A stretch of DNA of 64,000 nucleotides, from positions 310,001 through 374,000 of the forward strand of contig OZ025718.1 in the NCBI GenBank assembly GCA_964019335.1, read 5' to 3'. The notes under the pieces are model-generated. The model was given only the letters and a program-made list of their open reading frames with translations, did no database searches and was not told where the DNA came from. Below are positions 1 through 9,896 of the stretch, piece after piece (position 1 is the stretch's first letter; each line of letters opens with the position of its first letter). The stretch comes from Diplonema japonicum. Lineage: Eukaryota; Protista; Euglenozoa: Diplonemea. Position numbers and translations under genes: made by a program.

Positions 1-1556
1 CCTGTGAGGACGAAAGGCTTCTCCATAATGTAACGGGCAAGTACTTCACGAACACAGTTTAAAGAAACGTGGTCAATGCGCCCCCACACCTCTGCAAGGG
101 GGATGTCACGACCGTGCGCGAGCTGTGGTTGTATTTTTTAGGAAAAAAAAAAAGAAGAAAAAAAAAAAGAACACACAATCTTTGCTCCCATCACGTCAGC
201 AAGCTCTGTTGTTGTGTCCCCAGACATCAAAAACCTCAGTTTGTATGACTCCTTTGCAACGTGCAGCTGCTCATCCGTCAGGTCGTTCATCACCTTTTTT
301 TGTTTTTCCCTCCCTTTTTTTTTTTCTTTCTTTTTCATACCGCTAGTATCCTCCTAACCACCTCCAGTTGGAACCTTTTCAAACCCTCTGGACCCGCCGT
401 GGAGGCAGCGGAGACCAAGTAAAACCCGAAAAGCGACACATCATTGTACGGCGTGGTGAAGGCCTACGAATGGGTGTTTGAAAAAAAAAAAAAAAAAAAA
501 GAAAAAAAAATACCTGACAAGTTTCGAGGACCCCGTCATTAGATTTGCACGCATCAGCTATTTTAAAAATAGGAGATTCCCTGTGGAGTTTTTTTTTTTT
601 TTTTTTTCTCCTTTTTCTTTTCTCTCTCTTTCATACGCGTTTTGTTCATGAGCTGCGCGTTGCCATTCTCCGAAAATATGTTCGATGACCTGCAGCGTGA
701 CCATATCGTGGTCACTCTGACCGCATGTTCCCCAAGCAATAGTGAGGTTAGGGCACGGGAGGTCGTACTCAACAATTTTATGCCCGCCGTGGAAGGTAGC
801 GTTCAAAGCAGGCTTCGCGGGTTCAGAGGGAAGGTCCCCCCAGAATGCTTCCGCAAGACGACACATTTCCTCATGGCGGACACCGCCACAGGCCACCATG
901 CACATCCGCTTCGCTGTGTAGTGCTGTCTGATGTACTCCTCAATCATTTTTATGTTGATGTTGCGGGCGATGTTTTCCTCTAGGCCGAGGATGGTCATGC
1001 CAAGGCCATCGTTGGGGAAGCATGTCAAGTGGACATGGTCCATCATGACCTCGTCGATGCTCATTTCTACGTCTTCTTTCTCCTTGAGGATTGTGTAACG
1101 TTCCGCCTCGAGATCTGAGTCGCGGAGCTTTGGGTTTCTCAGGATGTCTGTGATTCTTTCCATAGCAGGGGCGACGTTGGACTTCATCCCATCGCAGAAG
1201 TAGACCGTCTGCTCACGAGTGGTGTACGCGTTGAGCTGCCCGCCGGTTAGTTCGAAGAAGCAATCGATGTCGTTCTTGGACCGTGTTTTCGTCCCTTTGA
1301 ACGTCATGTGCTCCAAGAAATGCGCCACCCCGTTGTTTTCCCACGTCTCAAACCGGCTTCCCGCGTCTATCCAGACACCTACTGTGGCCGTCTCACCGCC
1401 GTTCTCCTGCGTCATAACCCGAAACCCGTTGTTCAAAACCGAGATCTTCGCTGTGTCATCCTTCTCGAGATGCTTGATCAACGATGAGTCTTTTGGTTGA
1501 AACGGTGCCGGGACGTGCAAGGAATACTTCTCGAGGAGCCTGCTGGTCCGCTTCAT
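1..1556 (-). CDS. PMPCB: Mitochondrial processing peptidase beta subunit (M16 family); 3' end runs off the window
   Basis: Zn motif HFLEH within GSRFETWENNGVAHFLEHMTFKGT; NAYTTREQTVYF; basic N-terminus. GT-AG introns at 581-636, 464-513, 294-340 and 123-176 restore the frame, giving ...TCQAFTTPYNDVSLFGFY...GAKILAHGRDIPLAEVWGRIDHV. Confidence 0.9.
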
Positions 1557-1670
1557 TTTTTTTTTTTTTTTTTGCTTTTTTTTTTTTTTCTCTGGTGGTG
1601 GGGTGTTATTGTGGTGTACTTGTAGGATTTGTTTTTTTTTGAAAAAAAAATACTTGGAAGGGGGGGGGGG

Positions 1671-3389
1671 TTATAGCCCAAGAATGTCGTCGATCGCGAA
1701 CCTCGTTTTCGGTGTCTCTTTTAGTTTCGGCTTCTGCTCGATTTTATCAGCGAGGCGTGCCAAGCCCCTCGCAAGCGAGTCTTTAGGAAGCCCCGGTGGT
1801 CCTGTTGTCTCGCCGCCTTGTTCGGTTTTGTCGAACTCGATCTTTTTACCAACCTCTACCGCGGTTTGCTGCTGCTCCTCTTTGATATACAATTTCTGTT
1901 CGGGGGGGTTTTTTTTTTTAAATCATACTGTAGGATCGCCCTTCGGACCAGGCCGTTGTCCTTGCATTGAACTCAACAACTCCTGGTACTTAGGGAGCTT
2001 CGCGATCTGTTCCGCTGCATCATGGCAATTCTGCATCTTGTACGCGTCGATCACCAAATTGTAATGCTGCATCGAGAGAGGGAGCCCAGTACGTTTCAAC
2101 TCCGAGAAGAGCTTATGCGTCGCATCAGGCCTCGACAGCTCGTTATTCAGTTTCATCAGAAAGCCGTATGAGTGATGGGTGTATAATTTGTTTACAGTGG
2201 CGTAAGCCCACGCCCAGTCGGCGATTTTCAAAGACTCCTCAGAAGGTGTTAACGAGCATGCTTCGAGCACAATGTTGACAGAGGAGTGCGCGGGGTTCAC
2301 CTTGAGCGTGTTCACCATTCTCGTGAAAAAACGCGCGCATTTTCGTGCGTTTCGAGTGTCTTTGTAACCAAGAAGCATGGCGTTGCAGGTGTATGCGTCC
2401 ATCTTAACGCCTTCAGCCACCATGGTTTCGAACAAAGACTCAGCTTTGTCCATCGTGGCGATACTGTCCCTGCTGACTCTGCGGAGAGCGGTAAGAATTG
2501 CGGAGAAACAATGCCCGTCCATTCGTATGTCCCGTTCGCTCATTTCCCTGATAATACCGTGAAGGTCCGCTTCGGTTGCAGCGATTCCTATCAGTGAGGT
2601 GTATGTTTCAACACGGGGTTGAAGCCCTTTAGATAGCATTTGATTGTGCAGTTGTTTTGCGTGAACAGTGTCGCCGAAACTTGTCAAGACGGACATCATG
2701 GCGGAGTAGCACCGGATGTCTGGTGTTGATGTGCTGTCTGGTTTGTTAATGTGACGCCACATCGCGTGGGTGTCACCGCGTAGCTGTTTCAAAATCGCCG
2801 GTTTTGTGTTCTTCGTTGCCTTAAACGAACTGATGGCCATTGTTGCTATGAGCACGTCGATACCATACCCTGCATTTTGCATTTCGTGAATGTAAAGTTT
2901 TACGATTGACGGGGACTTTGCTGTGGAAGCGGCCTGGATCATTGTCGTCCACGCGTGTTTACCAACCGGGTGATTGTTTTCGATAAGCCATTTGAAGAAA
3001 TCTCGCATTTCGCAAAGGATTGAATACGTTTTTGTGCCTCTTGAGCACGTCATGTCTATTTTTTTCGCTTTACGTAGCGTGCTGAGCATTGTACGGAGCA
3101 TTACCAGTGAGGCTGCTTCCTCGAAGTAGTTTCGGGTTTTGCGGTTTTCGTTCAGGAAGGCGTCAAGGTTCCGTGCTAGGCTGAAGACGCCTTGGTTCTT
3201 CGTGCTTAGTAAGCAAAGCAGCATTCGCGGGTTCAGTTTCAGCTTGTTTTTGTACGTTGTGCTGAAACCGCCTTTTTTCCAAACCTCCCCCGCCTTTGCA
3301 TATTCCGCGGTTTTTATGAATTCCAACAGTCGTTCGCAATTTGCCTTGTCGACACCGGGCGATAAGAAGCACCTGGTTAGCCGTAGCAT
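1671..3389 (-). CDS. Pentatricopeptide-repeat (PPR) protein, probably mitochondrial
   Basis: ~35-aa helical repeats (PDIRCYSAMMSV, PRVETYTSLIG, MDAYTCNAMLLGY); N-terminus MLRLTRCFLS. A 33-nt phase-0 intron at 1896-1928 joins the 1671-1895 exon in frame. Confidence 0.85.
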
Positions 3390-4135
3390 GGTCCTTTAGT
3401 GTGGGATTTTTTTTTTTTTTTTTTTTTTTTGAGACGGGGGAATTGAAAAAAAGGAGTAAACCATGGGGGGGAGGGAGACATGGGACATTTGTAAGAAAGA
3501 AAGCTATTTTTTTTTTGATACATACGCACGTAAGATAACAGAAAGAGAAAAAAAAGGGGGGGGTGAGGAGGACCGTTTTTCTCTTTCGTGACACTCGGGG
3601 GAGGGGGGAGAAAATCTATTCTGGCGTTTTCTTGTGCCTGAGAATAGGGGGTGTTTCTTTCTTTTTTTTTTTTTTTTGTCTAGCTGACAAAAAAAAAAAT
3701 CAAATTTGCTTGTCAAAAAAAAAGAGAAGGAAAAAAAAAACACATGGAAGCAGTCTACCCGAAGGTGGGGAAGGGGGAAAAAAAAAAAGTACCCGAGATG
3801 AAAAAAAAAAAAAAAAAAAAAAAAAAAACAATATAACAAAGATATAAAAAAAAGATCAAGAAAAAGAAGAAACAAAAAAAACCATATACAGAAGAGAGAC
3901 AACGAGGGGGAAAAAAAAAAAGGAAAGAAAGCTATGTGTTCTACATAAAGAAGAACGGCGGAAGAAGAACAAAAAAAAAAAAAAAAAAGCACCCACTCAC
4001 ACACACGGGTGCTGAAAAACAAAGGGACGGGGATGGTAATCTCTCTTTTTCTTTTTCTCTTTCTCTTTTTTCTTTTTTTTGTAATTTGTTGTCACACTTT
4101 TTTTTTTTTTCTTCTTTTTCTTTTTTTTTTTCCCC

Positions 4136-6777
4136 TCAAACACTCCCCCTTTCGATCTCAAAACCCTTGGGATCCACATGCATCTTAGGAAGTGGGGGCG
4201 GGACGGATGCCTTTTTTTTTTTTTCTTTTTTTTTTTCCCCCTCCCTCTCCCCAAAAAAAACATACCAAAGCCTCAGCTTTCAGAACAGGCTTTTCACCGC
4301 TGGGATTGACCTCTTTTGAAGTCGGGGCCTTGCGCTCCCGCTCTCCCTTCATGAGGTTGTGCAGCCTTGTGATCTCTGTGTGAGCATCTTCAAGCTGATC
4401 ACGAAGCTCCTTGACCTGCTGGCTCTCGTCAACAGGCGCAGGCAACGCCTCTGCGCTATCCTCAGGAGAAAGCTGTTGCCGGATGAAGCTGTGCTCTGGG
4501 TCCTCCTCCTCAGAAGAATCACTGTCGTTGCCTGCAGAAGCCCGCAAATGCGAGACGAAAGGATACTGTCGCAGTTGCGTCAGCTCCACATCGTGTTTCA
4601 AGTAGTAACTCTCCCACAGAACCACCCTTTTCGAACTGCAGCTTGGGCGGAGAACAAAACTCTGGCCTCTTTGTACGGGCTGGTAGTATTTGCTGATGAA
4701 ATTCCGTTTTTTACCCGGTTTTTTTTCCTCCTCGGTGAGCCGCAGAACTTCGGTCCAGACAGAAATTGTGTTTTCCTTAACACCCTCGCCGATTCTCTCC
4801 TTGTCGAAGTTGCATATAAACGTACCAAAACGGCAGGAGTACACGCAGTCCATTATGAATTCCAGCAACGCCGGTGTGAACTCGAAAGCGGTGGGGAACT
4901 GTCTTATAAGCTGGAAGATCGCGTCCATCCACTGCAAAAAAACGGGCGAGGGTTCGATCCCGCTGCCCGTCTTCGTGTGCTTCTCGATCCCTTTGCTGTC
5001 GACGGTCGTCTCGTCCATCTCGTTGCCGAGGCCTTCTTTGAACTTTGAGGCTGCCATGGTGCCCTCTATTTGATGTCCCGATCGCTCGGCGAACTTGTGC
5101 CCTGTTACACACCACTCTTTTTCTATTAAAGTGCAGAATCCGCGAATCGTGCGGAAATATGGGTCGATTAAGAGCATTGCCGTGCTGGTGAGCTGCGAGG
5201 TTCTGTCCCACCCGTCCGAGCAGTGCACCAGGCACGATGCTCCAGCAAGCATTTCATCAACAATTCTATTTTTTATTTTTTTATTTTTTTTTATTTTTTA
5301 TTTTGAAATACCTGGACGATCCATACAGGAGCCTCTGAACGTGGAGGCTCCAACCGGTCTTGTCCCAGTCAGCGTAGAAACCCGTGTTCGGCCCTTGCGG
5401 GCCCGGCACTTGATCCTTCAGGTTTGAAAGGTTGTTGTTAAACCCCTCAATGAGCTTCTTGCACTTCTTCCACGAAGCCTTCACAGCATGGATGTTCTCC
5501 ATGTGCAGGAAGTAAAGCCTTGGATTTGGATTTTTTATTTATTTATTTTTTTTTAAAACAGAATATTATTCATACTTGCAATTATAATTTTTGCTGGTTT
5601 CGAAACCACCGCCCCGTGCCCGGTTCGCCGTGGCGGCGATCTGCGACCTCGCGTCGAAAATTACGGTGTAAGGCCGTTTGTGTTTTTCCTGCTGTTGTTT
5701 CATGGCGGTGATCTCGTTCACAGAAGGTGTGGGGTCGGACCTTCTGTGCGAAGATGCTGAAAGAGATGGCGGGGCGGTGAGGGAAGGTGGAAGCGCTGCA
5801 AGAGAAGGCGGCGGCCGTCCTGAAACAGGAACTCTCGGGCTAGAAGAAGGCGAGGAGGAAGTATCCGGAGCATCATCATGAAAACAAGCAGGAATCGGCG
5901 TCCCTCCCGGAATATACGCTTGTGCCAACAACGTCTCACAAACTACTTCATCCGCATGAGAACGGCTGTTTGAGTAACCCGCCAAAGGCTGACTCGACCG
6001 TGCCAGTATCGCACCTGTTTTAACAGACACCCAGGACACCATGGGAACTCTTGCCCTGCTTCGGTACCCTGCGACTGTTTTGATCAACTTGTCAGTGGCA
6101 TTTCGTGGCACGACGAAGCGGGAAGGGTATGTTGGCGAGAAACCTTCGTCATCCTTGTCGATGTGTGCTATTCTGAACCACGGTCGTAGGCAGATTCCGA
6201 TTCCTTTCCCCGCCCATTCTGAACCTTCTTGGTCCTTGACAGAACCCGCCCGGGTTTGCCTATCTAGTTCGTTTTCAATGTTGTAGATGTCCCAGCCGTT
6301 TTCGGTGTTTTTGTATTTTTCTTTGTAGCGTCTTGCGTGGTCGAAGGCGAAGAGGCGTTCCAATGGAGGAGGTTGCCCTGGGAGGTTTTGTCCCAGGGAT
6401 TTCTTTGTGAACATAACCGCGTTGTATAAACCGGCGCTTTCCCGTCTCGTGTGGAACCCGATGCGGAGGTCCCATGGAAGTTTGTTTACGATAACCACCT
6501 CTTCCGCCATCCGCGGTATTTTTTTCGGTTCTCTTACCTCGTCGATGCACATTATAGGAATTTCGATATTGTCGTAGCGCTCATCATGGAAGATAACGAT
6601 GACTGTGTACAGTGTGACGATGAGCCCTACAGGTCTCGCGCTGTTTTCTCGGCCTGTGAGGAGGCACGGGCAGTTATCTACATCACCCGTCCTGTATTCG
6701 AGGACAACCTGGTCGCCAGGTACCAAAGGGGGCATTCTCTCTTTAAGGGATACCGCGATTTGTTGCGATGTGTGGGG

Positions 6778-6780
<3 letters not shown>
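4136..6780 (-). CDS. Myotubularin-family phosphoinositide 3-phosphatase, active-site motif intact
   Basis: HCSDGWDRT catalytic motif, SPTYPSRFVVP, RSSQPL, LIEKEW..GHKF, SPVFLQW. Introns at 5519-5575, 5266-5311 and 4211-4265 restore the frame. ATG at 6780 follows A33. Confidence 0.92.
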
Positions 6781-6813
<33 letters not shown>

Positions 6814-7324
6814 CCCGCGGTCACCCAACTCCTCTCCCCACCCCCTCTTTTTTTTTTGTTTTTTTTTTGAGAATTTTTTTTTGGGGGGGGATTTGAATAT
6901 AGAACAGGTGGGGGGATAGAGTCAGTGTGCAGAAGGGTTGTAAAAAAAAAAAAATAATAATAATAAATAAATAAATAAAAGAATTGTTCCTTGTAACGAA
7001 AGAAAGATATGGCAAGTTTTTTTTATTGTTATTTTTTTTTTTGTGTGCGTGTGCAGCAATTTTTTCTTTTTTTTCTTCTTTTTTAAAAACAAGATTTTCT
7101 TTTAATTTGTAACGCATAACGTTCTGCTCAACATTCCTTTTTTTTTTTGATAGAAACAGTAAGAATAAAAAAAATAAAAAAATAAAAAAAGTGAAGTTCT
7201 GTTCATCATGAAAAAAAAGAGAGAGAGAAAAAAAAGGGGGGGGGGAAACGCTGCTAGCATTCATTTTTATTTTTATTTTTTTATCGGGAGGGGGAAAGGG
7301 GTGTCAGTGTACGTGAGAGCAATA

Positions 7325-7359
<35 letters not shown>

Positions 7360-7490
7360 TGTGGAGAGAAAAAAAATGAGGCAAGGCAAAAAAAAAAAAA
7401 AAAGAAGAAAATCCGTAAGATAACCAATCAAAGTATAAATAAATAGTGCTACATAAAGATAGAATAATAATTTAAAAAAAAAATTTTTTT

Positions 7491-8234
7491 TTAGTCTTCC
7501 GAAGAAATCTTAGTGAGAAAGTTCCCCATAGCAGTGAACGTTTTGCGCGCCGTGTCAACAACACTGTCCGTCACTTCAGCGGACATATCTTTACGCTTCA
7601 TAGGCCGTTCGGTCTTAGGCACTTTGGTGAGCCAGCGAGAAGCACGCCCTCCTTCGTGGCATGGGTAGCACACGAGAACAAGGTAGTCATACGCCATTTC
7701 AGGAAGCGGCTTTTCTACCATAGAGTCTGCAAGGAAGAGCCCACCACAACGTCGGCAGTGGTGGCGCCGTTCAAAAAAAGAAAACGGCTCCTTAGCGTGC
7801 ATGCACACTTGAGAGTAGTTATCGTCCAGCCATCTCGCACGGCAAGCATATTTCAAGGTTTCAATCAGCTCTTTCTGCTCTTCTTTGTTTGACGAACATA
7901 GAACATATTTTCCACCTTCGCATTCTTGTTCCAGACCGGTCAGCCCGTACTCTTCTTGTATTTGAACTCCGTAGAATTTTTCTGCTTCTTCGGATTCCTC
8001 CCATGTTGTCACCTTCGCGCCTGTCAAGTCCAGCCATCCCTTGTGCATCCCCATGGGTTTCCCGTCGCATGGCTTCACGTCATCTTCGCATTCGTAATAA
8101 TACATTCGGCGGCCCTGGATTACTATGTGGCGCAGCCGCCACTCTTTGAAGTGTTCTGACCGCTTGTTCATCATGACGAGAAGGGTGGGGCCTTCCAAAC
8201 CCTCTACGGGATCGTCCGACAGTTCGACGGGCAT
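7491..8234 (-). CDS. PH + FYVE domain protein (phafin-like architecture)
   Basis: PH domain (KEWRLRHIVIQGRRMYYYE...KGWLDLTGAKV); FYVE motifs WLDD and RRHHCRRCG, then VCYPC. Confidence 0.85.
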   Translation of the reverse strand: MPVELSDDPVEGLEGPTLLVMMNKRSEHFKEWRLRHIVIQGRRMYYYECEDDVKPCDGKPMGMHKGWLDLTGAKVTTWEESEEAEKFYGVQIQEEYGLTGLEQECEGGKYVLCSSNKEEQKELIETLKYACRARWLDDNYSQVCMHAKEPFSFFERRHHCRRCGGLFLADSMVEKPLPEMAYDYLVLVCYPCHEGGRASRWLTKVPKTERPMKRKDMSAEVTDSVVDTARKTFTAMGNFLTKISSED

Positions 8235-8252
8235 TTTTTTTTTTTTCTTTTT

Positions 8253-8284
<32 letters not shown>

Positions 8285-8474
8285 TTTTTAAAGAGAATGA
8301 AACGACGTTGTGGCCAAGCGGAAATCTATCCGCGCCGATGGACCCTCGTGGTATACATGCGCCGTGTACTGCTCAAGTGTCGCCATTTTTGTTTGGACGT
8401 GCCGAAGTTTGTCAACCCGAAACACGTTGCCAACGTTCCCCTTTTGTTTAGACAAGTCAAAAGACTCGTTCTTA

Positions 8475-8522
<48 letters not shown>

Positions 8523-8602
8523 CGTAAATAACGCGAACCAACACTAAATAAAAAAAAAAAAAAAGAAGAAAAAAAAGGGTGTCGATGCGTCTGTTAACAT
8601 TC

Positions 8603-9195
8603 TCAACGCAGCCCTGCAGACGCAGAACGTTTGGATCCTGAAGGTCCTCTTGACCGAGATCGGGACTTTGGGGGCGGGCGGTGGTGTTGGTTGGTTTTGT
8701 ACCCCTTCTTGTCGATCCCCTCACGATCAATAATTTCATCGAGGGAACCCTGGCCGTCGAAGGAGAAGGAACGGACGCCAAGCTGTTCGAGGAGGACCAT
8801 GAGCTGGTGGTACCGGGAATTCTCTGTAAGGGGGGAGAAGACGAAGTAGATAGTGGTTTCGTGTTGGATGCCTAGGGAAACAGCGCGGCGTGCGATCTCC
8901 CCTGCGGTGAAGCACAAGTCGACGGTGGGGAAGGTTAGGGAGGACTTCTCATCCTTTGCGGCTTTGCCTTTCCCGCCCCGTTGAGATTTGATAACACAAC
9001 TCCTTACCACAGGGGCAGCAAAGCCAACCGCGTTCTTGTTACGGAACAACAGCACCTTCCAGTCCCCCGGCAGGACCCCATAACCGTCTAAGTATCGTTC
9101 ACACCCGTAGTTGTCGTACTCTACCAGGACCCATACGAAGGTTTCGTCTTGTTTGGTGAGACGCTTGGCTTGGCCGACCCTTGCTTTGAGAGTCC

Positions 9196-9232
<37 letters not shown>

Positions 9233-9591
9233 CCTCTAGCTGTTGGCATTCTTCTTCAAGTTGTTTACGCATTTTGTTCAGTTCTTCGGTTCTGTGAGAT
9301 TATATGGATGGGGATGGGGATGGGGATGGGGGGGGGGGGGGGGGGGGGGTACCTCACATCTTTCTTTGAGTCTTTTAGTAGTATAGCTTTAATCGATTCT
9401 TCTTGTTCGTTCTCCTCGCTGTCCTCCGACCTATCGTGGGTTAGGTGCTTCCGTCGGTCATTTTTCTCCTCGTGGTGGCTCCTTCTTGGTCTTTCTTTCC
9501 GTTCCCATGGATCCCAGTTACTCCTTTCGGGACCGCTTCTTTTTCTTTCGTACTGCTCTTCTTCCCACTCCCTTCCGTATCTATCAGACAT
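8603..9591 (-). CDS. R/E-rich protein with a C-terminal PIN/NYN-like domain
   Basis: Exons 9591-9353, 9291-9234 and 9196-8603, joined by introns 9292-9352 (poly-C on the sense strand) and 9197-9233 (GTAT-A32-G). VWVLVEYDNY...TVDLCFTAGEI...TTIYFVFS...YHQLMVLLEQLGV resembles the PIN-fold pattern. Confidence 0.6.
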
Positions 9592-9715
9592 TTTTTTTCT
9601 TTTTTTTTTCCCCCTCGAGGCTGGGGGGGTAGGCGTTGAGTAGAAAAAAAAAAAAAAGAAAAAAAAAAAAACACACAAAAAAGAATACGACAACCTGATC
9701 AATAAACCGGGTGTC

Positions 9716-9748
<33 letters not shown>

Positions 9749-9896
9749 CAAAAGGAAAAAAAAAGAAAATATTTTTCATCACAACACTTTTTTTTTTTTT
9801 TTTTTTTTTTTTTTCTCCCTCTCCTGTTCCCTTCTTACTTTCCAACACTGTTTTGTTATTATTTTGCTGAAGCTTACAATGATTAATGCTCAATGC

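Noticed and set aside
558-636. Stop-codon readthrough, frameshifting or non-canonical introns to explain broken ORFs
   Set aside because: Every break examined is resolved in frame by a GT-AG intron under the standard code.
3400-4130. Poly-Phe and poly-Lys ORFs here and throughout intergenic DNA (also 35.3-38.5 kb and 57-64 kb)
   Set aside because: Translations of homopolymer runs, which cannot contain stop codons.
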